Positions 1 to 10,081 of a stretch of 64,000 bases of DNA are shown here, piece after piece. A program made the position numbers and the translations under genes. Positions within the stretch are counted from its first letter, which is position 1; every line of letters begins with the position of its first letter. Under the pieces are notes generated by a model. The model did not search any database and was not told the DNA's origin. It was given only the letters and a program-made list of their open reading frames with translations. The DNA comes from Candidatus Omnitrophota bacterium (GTDB lineage: Bacteria > Omnitrophota > Gorgyraeia > Gygaellales > UBA12090). The stretch is taken from contig JAUSCZ010000014.1 of the NCBI GenBank assembly GCA_030674475.1, forward strand, positions 13,938 through 77,937, written 5' to 3'.

Positions 1-1
1 A

Positions 2-490
2 TCCGCGAACTCCGAGCGCGGTAAAATCAATGATGAATTGCATAAAACGATGATGAACGAAACTATGCATTGGGGGATTGAGATTGTGCGCACCGAATTA
101 AAAGAGATTGACCCGCCCAAGGATGTCCAGGAGACGATGAATAAGGTAGTCAAGGCCGAGAATGAAAAGATTTCGGCTATTGATTATGCCACCGCCACCG
201 AGACCGTAGCCGACGGTCAGAAAAGGGCGGAAATAAAGAAGGCAGAAGGAATTAAGCAGGCCAGAATATTACAGGCTGAGGGTGAGGCTGAGGCAATAAA
301 GCTGGTAAACGAGGCAGCGGAAAAATATTTTGTCGGCAATGCCCAGGTTTTAAGGAAGCTGGAGATGGTAGAAAAGTCTTTAGAGCATAATACCAAAATA
401 GTTGTTCCTTCCAATGCCGAGCTGGTTAATGTAATCGGTGATATGGCCGGGATATTGCCCTTGAAGCGAGAAGAAAAAACAGAGAAATGA
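2..490 (+). CDS. SPFH/Band 7 (stomatin/QmcA-like) protein, 5'-partial
   Basis: Frame is open to the window edge; WGIEIVRTELKEIDPPKDVQETM and AEGEAEAI are typical SPFH segments. Confidence 0.9.
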   Translation, partial: SANSERGKINDELHKTMMNETMHWGIEIVRTELKEIDPPKDVQETMNKVVKAENEKISAIDYATATETVADGQKRAEIKKAEGIKQARILQAEGEAEAIKLVNEAAEKYFVGNAQVLRKLEMVEKSLEHNTKIVVPSNAELVNVIGDMAGILPLKREEKTEK

Positions 491-1827
491 AAATTTTGGT
501 TATTGGTTCAGGCGGCAGGGAGCACGCGATAATCTGGAAGCTTAAGCAGTCCAAGGTTTCTCCTAATATATATTGCGCGCCGGGTAACGGCGGGATATCC
601 CGCGATGCCCGAATTGTGAGCATTCAAGCTGATGACATTAAAGGCTTGCTGGATTTCGCGGTAAAGGAGAAAATAGACTTGACTATTGTAGGGCCTGAAG
701 CGGCCCTGGCCAAGGGAATAGTGGATAGGTTTATGCGTAAAGGCTTAAGTGTTTTTGGGCCAACCAAAGAATTAGCCCTGTTGGAGTCAAGCAAGGCCTA
801 TGCCAAAGAAACTATGCGCAGGTTTAATATTCCCACTGCCGGTTTTGAGATTTTTGATGAACCTGATAAGGCCATAGATTTTACTAATAGACCGCGCCTC
901 TTTGCCGCGCATTATCCGGTAGTGGTTAAGGCTGACGGCCTGGCCGCGGGTAAAGGGGTGGTAATTTGTAAAGACCGTAAAGAGGCCCAGATGGCTATTG
1001 AAGATATGATGGTCAGAAAGGTCTTTGGCCCTGCCGGGACGCGGGTAGTGATTGAGGAGCACTTAGAAGGTGAAGAGGCCTCAATTTTAGTGGTTTCCGA
1101 CGGAATAAATTTTACCGCCTTAGCTTCGGCGCAGGATCATAAGAGGGCCTTTGACCGCGATAAGGGCCCCAATACCGGAGGCATGGGGGCCTATTCTCCG
1201 GCGCCGGTAGTAACCCGGGATATACATAAGCGCGTAATGGATCAGGTTATCGAGCCTTTAATTACCGGCCTGGCCAAGGAAGGTAAGTTTTATAAAGGGA
1301 TTCTTTATGCCGGGATAATGGTTACCAAACAAGGGCCTAAGGTTTTAGAGTTTAATGTTCGTTTTGGCGATCCCGAGACTCAAGCCATTTTGCCGCGATT
1401 GAAAACGGATTTAGCGGATTTATGTTTTGCCTCAATTGAGGATAAAATTGACCGGCTAAAATTAGAGTGGGAAGAAAAATCAGCAGTCTGCGTGGTTTTG
1501 GCCTCCGGAGGCTACCCTGGGGATTGTCAGAAGGGTTTTGAGATCTCCGGGCTGGAGGAGGCTGGCGCCTTAGCTGAGGCAGATGCCCACATCTTTCATG
1601 CCGGCACTGAATTCAAGAACAATAAATTTTTTACCTCTGGCGGCAGGGTTTTGAATGTGGTGGGTTTAGGGGATACCATTCGTCAGGCGGCGGAGAAAAC
1701 CTATAAGGTAGTCAGTAAAATAAAATTTGAGAAGATGCGCTACCGTAAGGACATTGCCCATAGGGCGCTGAAACGTAATTTGGAAGATACATTTGTGGGA
1801 ACAGAAGCAGAACCGCAGAGGCGCTGA
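487..1827 (+). CDS. purD: Phosphoribosylamine-glycine ligase
   Basis: GSGGREHA, KADGLAAGKGV, GPNTGGMGAY and EFNVRFGDPETQ motifs. Confidence 0.98.
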   Translation: MKILVIGSGGREHAIIWKLKQSKVSPNIYCAPGNGGISRDARIVSIQADDIKGLLDFAVKEKIDLTIVGPEAALAKGIVDRFMRKGLSVFGPTKELALLESSKAYAKETMRRFNIPTAGFEIFDEPDKAIDFTNRPRLFAAHYPVVVKADGLAAGKGVVICKDRKEAQMAIEDMMVRKVFGPAGTRVVIEEHLEGEEASILVVSDGINFTALASAQDHKRAFDRDKGPNTGGMGAYSPAPVVTRDIHKRVMDQVIEPLITGLAKEGKFYKGILYAGIMVTKQGPKVLEFNVRFGDPETQAILPRLKTDLADLCFASIEDKIDRLKLEWEEKSAVCVVLASGGYPGDCQKGFEISGLEEAGALAEADAHIFHAGTEFKNNKFFTSGGRVLNVVGLGDTIRQAAEKTYKVVSKIKFEKMRYRKDIAHRALKRNLEDTFVGTEAEPQRR

Positions 1828-1947
1828 AGATAATGGAAACAAAAGATTCTGCAGAAACGCAGAAGAAGACTTATTGAATTTCCGCGCTTCAGCGAAGAAA
1901 AATTTTACCGTAATCTGTTGTCCTTTTCGACCAGAGGGAGAAAAAAT

Positions 1948-2436
1948 ATGCCTAAAGCCAAAATCGCGATTGTAATGGGAAGCCAATCGGATTTAGAGAC
2001 AATGAGTGAGGCGGTAAATTTATTAAAAGAATTTAACGCGGACTATGAGGTGAGGATTTTATCCGCCCACCGCACCCCTGATAAGGTGGCTAAGTTTGCC
2101 AAGGATGCCCGTAAGGATGGGGTTAAGGTTATTATTGCCGGCGCGGGGGGCGCGGCGGCTCTGGCCGGTTCAATTGCCGCCCATACCACCTTGCCGGTAA
2201 TCGGCGTGCCGATGGAGACCTCCAGCCTTAAGGGGTTGGATTCGCTTTTATCTACCGTGCAGATGCCCGGGGGCGTGCCGGTTGCTTCTATGGCTATCGG
2301 CAGGCCAGGAGCTAAAAATTCCGCTATCTTTGCTTTGGAGATTCTGGGTGTTTCTGATAAAGAAATTGAGAAAAAGTTAAACAATTATAAAAAAGAATTA
2401 GTTAAAAAAGTTACAGAAATCAAACTGAAAGTATAA
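1948..2436 (+). CDS. purE: N5-CAIR mutase
   Basis: MGSQSD, SAHRTP, GAGGAAAL and STVQMPGGVPV motifs; ATG at 1948 follows GAGGGAG. Confidence 0.97.
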   Translation: MPKAKIAIVMGSQSDLETMSEAVNLLKEFNADYEVRILSAHRTPDKVAKFAKDARKDGVKVIIAGAGGAAALAGSIAAHTTLPVIGVPMETSSLKGLDSLLSTVQMPGGVPVASMAIGRPGAKNSAIFALEILGVSDKEIEKKLNNYKKELVKKVTEIKLKV

Positions 2437-2503
2437 AATGATTCAAAAGTGGTTTTTCAGCCATTAGTTGTAAGCTGATAGCCGATAGTTGATAGCTAAA
2501 AAT

Positions 2504-3583
2504 ATGCAGACTGAAGTGTTAAAGGTTGATCCGGTGAGTCCGGATTTCGCGGCAATAGAGAAAGCGGCCGGTTTTATCCGCCAGGGAAAGATTGTGGCGA
2601 TTCCCACGGATACCGTGTATGGATTGGCAGTGGATTTCGGTAATCCCCAGGCCATGAAAAGGCTTTATGAATTGAAGAAGCGTCCTTTGAATAAGCCATT
2701 TACTATCGCGGTCTCCAGTGAAGAATCTTTAGAACGCCTTACGCGGGATGCCGGACCTTTGGCCTATAAGTTGATGGAAAAATTTTGGCCCGGGCCTTTG
2801 ACTCTGGTGTTAAAATCTGCCGAAAATACCGTTGATGAGCCTGATCGAACCATCGGTTTACGTCTTCCCAATAACCGGGTGGCTTTAAGGATTATTGAGG
2901 AATCCGGATGCGCGGTGGCCCTGCCTTCAGCTAATTATTCCGGCCAGAAGCCTGCCCGCGATGCCCGGGAAGTTTTATCCGCCCTTAAGGATAGTATAGA
3001 TTTAATTATGGATGCCGGTAAAGTTGAATTAGGGATAGAGTCAACAGTGGTGGATTTGAGCACAGCTCATTTTAAGATATTGCGCGAGGGCGCGGTGAGT
3101 AAGGCTGAAATAGAAAGGCTGGCTAAACTAAAAAAAGTTCTTTTTGTCTGCACCGGAAATTCCTGCCGTTCAGTAATGGCCGAAGGCCTGCTGAAAAAAG
3201 CTCTTAAAGACAAAAACCGCGTAGATGTGGAGGTGATGTCTGCCGGCATCTCAGCTTTTGGCGGCCAGTCGGCAACGCGGGAAACCTTACATTTGCTCGC
3301 TAAAGCCGGCGTGGACATACAAAAGGTTCATTACTCCCAGAGAATAACCAAGACTATGCTTTATTCTTCGGATTTAATTTTGGTTATGGAAAATATCCAT
3401 GAGGAGTATATTCTGAATATGGCCCCGGCTGTTCGCAGCCGGCTGTATTTATTAAAAGAATTTGCTAAAATTCCAGAGATGGATTTGAATATTCTGGACC
3501 CTATCGGCCAAAGCCCGGCCTTTTATGAAATGACCTTTTCAGCCATCAAAGGAGCAGTGGAGAAGGTAGCAGATTTACTATAA
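2504..3583 (+). CDS. tsaC: L-threonylcarbamoyladenylate synthase (YrdC/TsaC) fused to a C-terminal low-molecular-weight protein (Arg/Tyr) phosphatase
   Basis: PTDTVYGL, KKRP and PSAN motifs followed by FVCTGNSCRS and DPIG. Confidence 0.92.
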   Translation: MQTEVLKVDPVSPDFAAIEKAAGFIRQGKIVAIPTDTVYGLAVDFGNPQAMKRLYELKKRPLNKPFTIAVSSEESLERLTRDAGPLAYKLMEKFWPGPLTLVLKSAENTVDEPDRTIGLRLPNNRVALRIIEESGCAVALPSANYSGQKPARDAREVLSALKDSIDLIMDAGKVELGIESTVVDLSTAHFKILREGAVSKAEIERLAKLKKVLFVCTGNSCRSVMAEGLLKKALKDKNRVDVEVMSAGISAFGGQSATRETLHLLAKAGVDIQKVHYSQRITKTMLYSSDLILVMENIHEEYILNMAPAVRSRLYLLKEFAKIPEMDLNILDPIGQSPAFYEMTFSAIKGAVEKVADLL

Positions 3584-3591
3584 GGAGTGAG

Positions 3592-4077
3592 ATGTCCGGA
3601 AATTATAAAAAGAAAACCCAAGCCGTTGTTATCGGAAGCGACCACGGCGGATTTAGATTAAAAGAGAAGATTAAAAAATTCTTAGGAGATAAGGGTTATC
3701 AGATTAAGGATGTGGGCTGCTTTAACCAAGAGCCTTGCGATTATCCGGTATACGCGTATAAGGCGGCGAAAGAGGTATCTTTAAGGAATTTTTCTAAAGG
3801 TATTTTAATCTGTAAAAGCGGAATCGGGAATTCCATGGTGGCAAATAAACTCCCCGGGGTGCGGGCGGCTTTATGTTATAATCTAAAGGCGGCTAAGCTT
3901 TCCCGTCAGCATAACGACGCCAATGTTTTGGTTTTGGGGGCCTTATTTGTTAACGAGGCCCTAGCCAAGAGAATGGCAAGCCTTTGGCTGAAAACCGAAT
4001 TTGAGGGCGGAAGGCACTTAAGAAGGGTGAAGCAAATAAAAAAGATTGAGGATGAGATAAATCAAGATTATGCTTAA
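3592..4077 (+). CDS. rpiB: Ribose 5-phosphate isomerase B
   Basis: GSDHGG, ICKSGIG, HNDANVL and FEGGRH motifs. Confidence 0.95.
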   Translation: MSGNYKKKTQAVVIGSDHGGFRLKEKIKKFLGDKGYQIKDVGCFNQEPCDYPVYAYKAAKEVSLRNFSKGILICKSGIGNSMVANKLPGVRAALCYNLKAAKLSRQHNDANVLVLGALFVNEALAKRMASLWLKTEFEGGRHLRRVKQIKKIEDEINQDYA

Positions 4078-4432
4078 CGCCTTTCTGCTCATCAGGCAGG
4101 TGTCTCCGGAAGACCTGAAAAAACGGGGAGTGGAATGGCATAAGAAAAGTTTTGGAGAAATATTCTGGGTTTCCTTTGGCAGCCGTAGTAAAGAGAAAGA
4201 CATTAGAATAAAAGACTACTGGCTACCCGCATTGATTGGTATTTCTGAACTGTCAGTATTTCCGATCTTGATGACTCAAGGTTTTTGGATTTTTATTGGA
4301 GCATGGATAGGGATCAAAACAGCAAGTTCTTGGGGTGGATGGCAGAAAACCCGCACAGCCTATAATCGGTTTTTATTAGGGAATATTTTATCATTAGGAT
4401 TTTCGGCACTCATTGCTTGGATATGTTTTTAG
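4070..4432 (+). CDS. Hypothetical membrane protein, possibly a fragment
   Basis: Hydrophobic segments and AT-rich sequence; no recognised motif. Confidence 0.5.
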   Translation: MLNAFLLIRQVSPEDLKKRGVEWHKKSFGEIFWVSFGSRSKEKDIRIKDYWLPALIGISELSVFPILMTQGFWIFIGAWIGIKTASSWGGWQKTRTAYNRFLLGNILSLGFSALIAWICF

Positions 4433-4459
4433 AATATATCATATCACTTTTCGTCAGTA

Positions 4460-4491
4460 GAACGCCGCAAAAGTGCTACTTTTGCGGCGTT
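4460..4491. repeat. Inverted repeat AACGCCGCAAAAGT-gct-ACTTTTGCGGCGTT; half copy near 4531-4546
   Basis: Perfect 14-bp arms seen directly. Confidence 0.7.
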
Positions 4492-4602
4492 GGGGTGAGG
4501 ATTGAGCACAAAATAGAGGGGATTTTCTGGACTTTTGCGACGTTGAAAAGAGAACCTATCTGTAAATTTTGCATTTTCGAGTAGAATTTGGTCAGAAAAA
4601 CC

Positions 4603-4631
4603 TTGACAAAGGTTAGCAAATATGCTAACTT
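4603..4631 (+). promoter_or_regulatory. Sigma70 promoter of the TA operon with overlapping palindromic operator GTTAGCA-N4-TGCTAAC
   Basis: TTGACA-17bp-TAACTT; palindrome lies between and over the boxes, typical of TA autorepression. Confidence 0.75.
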
Positions 4632-4649
4632 ATATATGAGGGGTGCAGT

Positions 4650-5057
4650 GTGGCAATTCCCAAAAAAGAAGAATACATTTTCTATCAGGGAGAGAAGTTT
4701 CAGATAGAGTTTTATTTTACTGAGACAGGAAAGATGCCCGCTAAAGAGTATTTGGAAGAGGTGGCTTTAGATGTAAAAGTAAAACTGGCCGCCCTGGTAA
4801 AATATATAGCAGAGCAGGGCAAGATATTCGATATAACAAAATTTAGAGCGGTAGATTCCCAGGAAAAAATCTACGAGTTTAAGCCTTGGCAATATCGGTT
4901 TTTTAATTTTTTCTATGAAGGAAGAAAAATAATCATTACTAATGGTTATATGAAAAAATCTCAAAAGGTAAACAGGAAAGATTTAGAAAGAGCCAGAGAT
5001 ATAAAAAAAGATTATACTTACAGAGTAAAAGGGGGTAACTATTATGGAGAAGAATAA
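4650..5057 (+). CDS. RelE/HigB (Gp49-like) toxin
   Basis: IEFY...PAKEYL, IYEFK, YRFF and IIITNGYMKKSQK; lies upstream of an HTH gene. Confidence 0.85.
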   Translation: MAIPKKEEYIFYQGEKFQIEFYFTETGKMPAKEYLEEVALDVKVKLAALVKYIAEQGKIFDITKFRAVDSQEKIYEFKPWQYRFFNFFYEGRKIIITNGYMKKSQKVNRKDLERARDIKKDYTYRVKGGNYYGEE

Positions 5058-5364
5058 AACATATATGGATAAATTAATGGCCGAAAAAGATTTCCGGGAA
5101 AAGTTTGATCAGGAATACCAGAATCTTTGTATCGCGGAGCAGATTGCCCAAGCGCGTCATCACGCGCATTTAACTCAATCTGACCTGGCTAAACGGATCC
5201 ATACTACTAAATCGGCCATTTCGCGCTATGAAAGCGCTGATTACGATAAATACGGGATTGCGCTCTTAACCAGGATTGCCAAGGCTTGTGGAGCAGATTT
5301 AAAAATAATTTTTGTTACTTCTAAAAGCGCGAAGAATGGCTCTCGTTTTGCTCCCGCATTGTAG
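5044..5364 (+). CDS. XRE-family HTH antitoxin (HigA-like)
   Basis: LTQSDLAKRIHTTKSAISRYES helix-turn-helix; overlaps the toxin stop. Confidence 0.85.
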   Translation: MEKNKTYMDKLMAEKDFREKFDQEYQNLCIAEQIAQARHHAHLTQSDLAKRIHTTKSAISRYESADYDKYGIALLTRIAKACGADLKIIFVTSKSAKNGSRFAPAL

Positions 5365-5397
5365 ATAAGATTGTTTCTGAAAGGCCACACGCTACAC

Positions 5398-6630
5398 ATG
5401 AGTTATTTAGAAAAAATAGATCCGCGAATATATAAGATAATCAAGGCGGAAGGCCTGCGCCAGGAAGAAAACTTAGAGTTGATTGCCTCGGAGAACTTTA
5501 CCTCTCGGGGAGTTTTAGAGGCCCAAGGGTCAGTCCTGACCAATAAATACGCTGAAGGCTATCCCCAGCATCGCTGGTATGGCGGCTGTGTTAATGTGGA
5601 TGAGGCGGAGCATCTGGCTATCGAGCGGGCCCGGGAACTTTTTAAGGCCGAGCATGTGAATGTCCAGGCCCATTCCGGAAGCCAGGCCAATATGGCGGTT
5701 TACTTTACCTGCCTTAATGTCGGGGATACTATAATGGCTTTGGATCTTGCCTGCGGAGGGCACCTTACTCACGGTCATCCGCATAATTTCTCCGGCAAGC
5801 TTTATAAAGTGGTTTCCTATGGCGTTGATCCTAAGAGTGAACAATTAGATTATGATAAGATATTAACCTTGGCTAAAGAATGTCATCCCCGCCTGATTTT
5901 AGCCGGGGCCTCGGCTTATCCCCGGATTATTGATTTTAAGAAATTCCGGGCCATTTGTGATAAGGTGGGAGCGTATTTGTTTGTGGATATGGCCCATATC
6001 GCCGGGCTGGTGGCGGCGGGAGTTCACCCCTCTCCGGTTCCTTACGCGGAGTTTGTCAGTTCTACTACCCATAAGACCTTGCGCGGGCCGCGGGGAGGTT
6101 TTGTCCTCTGTAAAAAGGAATTCAGCCGTAAGCTGGATTTAGAGATTTTTCCGGGGATACAGGGCGGGCCTTTGATGCATACCATTGCCGCCAAGGCTGT
6201 GGCTTTTAAAGAAGCCTCAAGCGCCAAGTTTAAAAAGGACCAGAAGCAGACTGTCCGAAATGCCCAGGCCCTTTGCTCGGCCTTAGTCAAAAAAGGATAC
6301 AGGGCGGTTTCCGGAGGAACCGACAATCATCTGTTCTTATTGGATTTAACCTTAAAAGGTGTCAGCGGCAAAGAGGCTCAGGAGAAATTAGACCAGGCTG
6401 GGATTACTGTGAATAAAAACCTGATTCCTTTTGATCCTAAATCTCCAGCCTTAGCCAGCGGAATCCGTATCGGCACGCCCGCGGTTACTACCCGGGGAAT
6501 GAAGGAAAACCAAATGCGCCTCATTGCTGATTTTATTGACCGGGGACTGACCACTTCCGGAGAGAGAAAAATCAGCGAGATTAAAAAAGAGGTTAAGGCC
6601 TTGACGAAGAAATTTCCTTTATATCCTTAA
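5398..6630 (+). CDS. glyA: Serine hydroxymethyltransferase
   Basis: [22 protein letters not shown] and [12 protein letters not shown] motifs. Confidence 0.98.
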   Translation: MSYLEKIDPRIYKIIKAEGLRQEENLELIASENFTSRGVLEAQGSVLTNKYAEGYPQHRWYGGCVNVDEAEHLAIERARELFKAEHVNVQAHSGSQANMAVYFTCLNVGDTIMALDLACGGHLTHGHPHNFSGKLYKVVSYGVDPKSEQLDYDKILTLAKECHPRLILAGASAYPRIIDFKKFRAICDKVGAYLFVDMAHIAGLVAAGVHPSPVPYAEFVSSTTHKTLRGPRGGFVLCKKEFSRKLDLEIFPGIQGGPLMHTIAAKAVAFKEASSAKFKKDQKQTVRNAQALCSALVKKGYRAVSGGTDNHLFLLDLTLKGVSGKEAQEKLDQAGITVNKNLIPFDPKSPALASGIRIGTPAVTTRGMKENQMRLIADFIDRGLTTSGERKISEIKKEVKALTKKFPLYP

Positions 6631-6651
6631 ATAAGATGAAACAGTTATGTT

Positions 6652-6731
6652 CCGCCGAGGTGTGGCACCAATGAGAATGAAAATAAAGTTTAGATCAGCC
6701 GTGTCGCGTAGCGGTGCGATTTATCGTACCT
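6652..6731 (+). repeat. About 80-bp dispersed composite repeat ending in a GTAG-REP; second copy at 53221-53300
   Basis: Shared CCGCC..AGG.GTG.CACCAATGA..ATGAAAAT and GTAGCGG.GCGATTTATCG. Confidence 0.75.
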
Positions 6732-6747
6732 GTAAGGAGATTCTCAG

Positions 6748-7278
6748 GTGAAAAATAAAGAATACAAGCCCAGCCCTTGTAAGCAAGGGCTGGGTAAAGA
6801 TATCCGTCCTGATTGGGATGAATATTTCCTGGGGATAATTCAGGAAATAGCTAAAAGAGCCACCTGTGACCGGGGGAAAGCCGGCTGTGTAATCGTTAAG
6901 GATAAAAGAATCCTGGCTACCGGTTATGTGGGTTCGCCCGCCGGACAGCCGCACTGCGACGAGGCCGGGCATATGATGCGGGATGTGGTCAGCCCTGACG
7001 GCTCAATAAGCAAGCATTGTATCCGGACAATCCACGCCGAGCAGAACGCCATTTGTCAGGCGGCCCGCTTTGGCATACCTTTAGAAGGCTCAACCCTGTA
7101 TTGTAAAATGGAGCCCTGTTTTACCTGCGCCAAGATGATTGTAAACTGTGGAATAAAAAAAGTGGTCTGCTCCGGAAAATACCATGCCGCGCAGTCCAGC
7201 CGCGAATTGTTTAAAAAGGCAAAAGTAGAACTGCGCGTCTTATCTCAAGAGGTAGTAAGATATAAAGATCAGAGATAG
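6748..7278 (+). CDS. Deoxycytidylate deaminase (ComEB-like)
   Basis: RPDWDEYF, ATGYVG, IHAEQNAI and PCFTC zinc motifs. Confidence 0.92.
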   Translation: MKNKEYKPSPCKQGLGKDIRPDWDEYFLGIIQEIAKRATCDRGKAGCVIVKDKRILATGYVGSPAGQPHCDEAGHMMRDVVSPDGSISKHCIRTIHAEQNAICQAARFGIPLEGSTLYCKMEPCFTCAKMIVNCGIKKVVCSGKYHAAQSSRELFKKAKVELRVLSQEVVRYKDQR

Positions 7279-7296
7279 TGAGGTAGCAGCATGAAA

Positions 7297-7437
7297 ATGT
7301 CTAATGTCTAAATCCGAATGACGAATGAATACCTAATGCCCAAATTCCTAAATGTCCAATTTAGGAGCTCTTTCGTTATTTGGTCATTTAAGGAATTAGT
7401 CATTCGTTCGGCATTCGTCATTAGGAATTCGCCATTA
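7297..7437. repeat. Inverted array of degenerate heptamers (AATGTCT/AATGACG then CGTCATT/AGTCATT)
   Basis: Periodicity and inverted symmetry seen directly. Confidence 0.75.
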
Positions 7438-7474
7438 ACGGTCTACAACACATATTATACGAGGGGATTTTATA

Positions 7475-7984
7475 ATGAAGTGCATTTACTGCGGGCACCT
7501 GGAAGATAAGGTTATAGATTCGCGCTCAAGTTCGGAAGGTAATTCTGTCCGGAGAAGGCGGGAGTGTCTTAAGTGCGAGAGGCGTTTTACTACCTATGAA
7601 TACATTGAGCGGATACCGCTTTTGGTGGTAAAGAAAGACGGCCGCCGCGAGGCCTTTGACCGTAATAAGATTTTAAGTGGTATTGTTAAGGCCTGTGAGA
7701 AACGTTCTATAAGTCTTAAGATGATGGAGGATATGGTGGCTTTCATTGAAAGAAGCGCAATGCGCAAATACGAAAAAGAGATGCCTGCCTCAGTTGTGGG
7801 AGAGCTGGTTATGGAGAAATTAGCTACCGTTGATGAGGTGGCTTATGTGCGCTTTGCCTCGGTATACCGGCAGTTTAAAGATGTAAACCAGTTTATGAGT
7901 GAGCTAAAGGATATATTGGGTAAGGATGTAAAAAGAGAAGGCAAGGCCGCCCCAATTAAGCCTAAAGCTAAATCCCGGAGATAA
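7475..7984 (+). CDS. nrdR: Transcriptional repressor NrdR
   Basis: CxxC zinc ribbon, RRRREC, RFTTYE, ATP-cone and VAYVRFASVYRQF. Confidence 0.97.
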   Translation: MKCIYCGHLEDKVIDSRSSSEGNSVRRRRECLKCERRFTTYEYIERIPLLVVKKDGRREAFDRNKILSGIVKACEKRSISLKMMEDMVAFIERSAMRKYEKEMPASVVGELVMEKLATVDEVAYVRFASVYRQFKDVNQFMSELKDILGKDVKREGKAAPIKPKAKSRR

Positions 7985-7986
7985 TT

Positions 7987-8388
7987 ATGATTGAGATGGA
8001 GTTAAATAAAATCATTATTGATGAGAAGCGCCAGGACCAGGTGATTGTGTTAAAGGAAAAAAACGGGATTAAAACCCTTCCTATTGTTATCGGTTTACTT
8101 GAGGCCTCCAGTATCAAGATGAAGCTTTCCGGAATCCAGGCTCCCCGTCCTTTAACTCACGACCTCCTGTATTCCATAATTGAAAGTCTTAAGGTCAAGG
8201 TTGAGAAAATAGTTATTGATAAATTAGAGAATAATACCTTTTACGCCAAGATGTTTATCGCGGCCGAAAACCAGGAAACCAGGATAATTGACGCCCGCCC
8301 TTCAGATTCAATTGCCTTAGCCGTGCGCGCCAAAGCCCCTATTTTCGTTGAGGAGGAGGTTTTGGAGCAGTCCGCCAAATATAAGTAA
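7987..8388 (+). CDS. Bifunctional nuclease family protein (DUF151)
   Basis: LPIVIG, PRPLTHDL and DARPSDSIALA motifs. Confidence 0.93.
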   Translation: MIEMELNKIIIDEKRQDQVIVLKEKNGIKTLPIVIGLLEASSIKMKLSGIQAPRPLTHDLLYSIIESLKVKVEKIVIDKLENNTFYAKMFIAAENQETRIIDARPSDSIALAVRAKAPIFVEEEVLEQSAKYK

Positions 8389-8401
8389 ATCTTTCTTACC
8401 T

Positions 8402-9859
8402 ATGGATGCTATCCTCAAGGAAATTAAGGCGAATCCTTACCTGAAGCTCATTGCCCGCCAGCTTAATAAATATCCTCAAGAATTTTATCTGGTCGGCGGA
8501 TACCCGCGCGACCTATTTCTAAAAAGAAAAAAAGAAGTATTTGATTTTGACTTCGCGCTGTCCGCCAGCGCGATAAAAACCGGCCGGGAAATCGCCAAGA
8601 GTCTTAAAAGCGGGTTTGTGGTTTTGGATGAAGAGCACGGTTCTTGCCGGATAGTGTATAACAAAGGCGGACAATCCTGCAATTTTGATTTTACCGATTT
8701 TCGCGGGCAAGGCATCTTAGAGGATTTACTGCATCGGGATTTTACTGTTAATAGCTTAGGCCTGGATTTAAAGGCATTAGGAAAAGCTAAAAAGAGTGAA
8801 GATATTCTTATTGACCGATACGGAGCGCTAAGGGACATAAAAAATAGGACTATCCGGGTAATCTCGGAATTAAGCTTTACGGAAGACCCTTTAAGGATTT
8901 TGCGCGCCTATTCCTTAAGCGCGGTCCTGGATTTCAGGATTGAGCCGAAAACTAAAATCCTGATCAAGAAGCACAAAGATAAAATTACCTCCTCCGCTTC
9001 TGAGCGCGTAAGCGAAGAATTGTTTAAGATTTTAAATTCTAAAAAAGCATTTGCTACCTTTAAGGCGATGGCTGATACTGGAGTTTTGAATGAGATTATT
9101 CCGGAGGTCAAGGCTATGCGCAAGGTCAGCCAGGGGCCGTATCATCACTTAGATGTTTACCGGCATTGTTTTGAGGCGCTCAAGCAAATAGAGAGGCTTT
9201 TTGAGGAATTAAAAAGATATAAAGATATTCAGCTTTTTCTTAACCGGATTATATCTGGAACTCACACCAAAAGAGCCCTGCTCAAGTTTAGCGCGTTCCT
9301 GCATGATATCGGAAAGCCGGTTTCCAAAGAACATATTAAAGATAAGGTTTGTTTTCATGGCCATGAAAGGACCGGGCGTAATATCGTCAGGGGCATTGCC
9401 GAGCGCTTAAGGCTTTCTAACGATGAAAGAAACGCTTTGGATAAAATCATCTTCTGGCATCTTCGCCCCGGGTATTTGGCTGACCTTAAAGATTTAAGCC
9501 GCCGGGCGGTGTATAGATATTTCCGGGATACCCAGAATGAAGCGGTAAGCGTGGTTTTGCTTTCAATCGCTGACCAGCGCTCAACCCGGGGGCCTTTAAC
9601 CCGAGGGGCAAACCGTAAACATCATGAAGATGTCTGCCTGGGGCTGGCGAAAGATTTTTTCAGGAAGTCCAAAAAAAAGAAATTTATCAAACTGATTAAC
9701 GGGAATGATTTAATGGCGGAATTTAAGCTTGAGTCCGGCCCTTTAATCGGAAAACTCCTGATTGCGATTGAGGAGTCCCAGGCTGTCGGAGACATCCGCG
9801 ACAAAGCCCAGGCTTTTGTTCTGGCCAAAAAGCTCATCAAGAAAGAAAGGCAGAAATGA
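8402..9859 (+). CDS. tRNA nucleotidyltransferase/poly(A) polymerase with HD domain
   Basis: LVGGYPRD, DFDF, RDFTVN, EDPLRILRA and HDIGK motifs. Confidence 0.9.
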   Translation: MDAILKEIKANPYLKLIARQLNKYPQEFYLVGGYPRDLFLKRKKEVFDFDFALSASAIKTGREIAKSLKSGFVVLDEEHGSCRIVYNKGGQSCNFDFTDFRGQGILEDLLHRDFTVNSLGLDLKALGKAKKSEDILIDRYGALRDIKNRTIRVISELSFTEDPLRILRAYSLSAVLDFRIEPKTKILIKKHKDKITSSASERVSEELFKILNSKKAFATFKAMADTGVLNEIIPEVKAMRKVSQGPYHHLDVYRHCFEALKQIERLFEELKRYKDIQLFLNRIISGTHTKRALLKFSAFLHDIGKPVSKEHIKDKVCFHGHERTGRNIVRGIAERLRLSNDERNALDKIIFWHLRPGYLADLKDLSRRAVYRYFRDTQNEAVSVVLLSIADQRSTRGPLTRGANRKHHEDVCLGLAKDFFRKSKKKKFIKLINGNDLMAEFKLESGPLIGKLLIAIEESQAVGDIRDKAQAFVLAKKLIKKERQK

Positions 9860-10077
9860 GAGCATTTCTTGTAGGGTTAACATTTTTAGCGGCGGTAGTG
9901 ATATTGGCGGGTATTTGGTTTTTATTATTTCCGCTTCTATTATTAATGGGTTTGCTTTTACGGTTTATGCTGGTGTGTGTATTGGTGATAGGAGGAATTT
10001 GGCTTTTGGGTAAGCTGATAATTTTTGTCTGGGGGAAATTGAATCAACAAAAGAATCTACATTCTAAAGAAAGTTAA
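9856..10077 (+). CDS. Small membrane protein
   Basis: Hydrophobic 73-aa ORF coupled to both neighbours. Confidence 0.65.
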   Translation: MRAFLVGLTFLAAVVILAGIWFLLFPLLLLMGLLLRFMLVCVLVIGGIWLLGKLIIFVWGKLNQQKNLHSKES

Positions 10078-10081
10078 GCTA

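Noticed and set aside
7318-7509. 63-aa ORF before nrdR
   Set aside because: It is an open frame through an inverted repeat array with no protein features.
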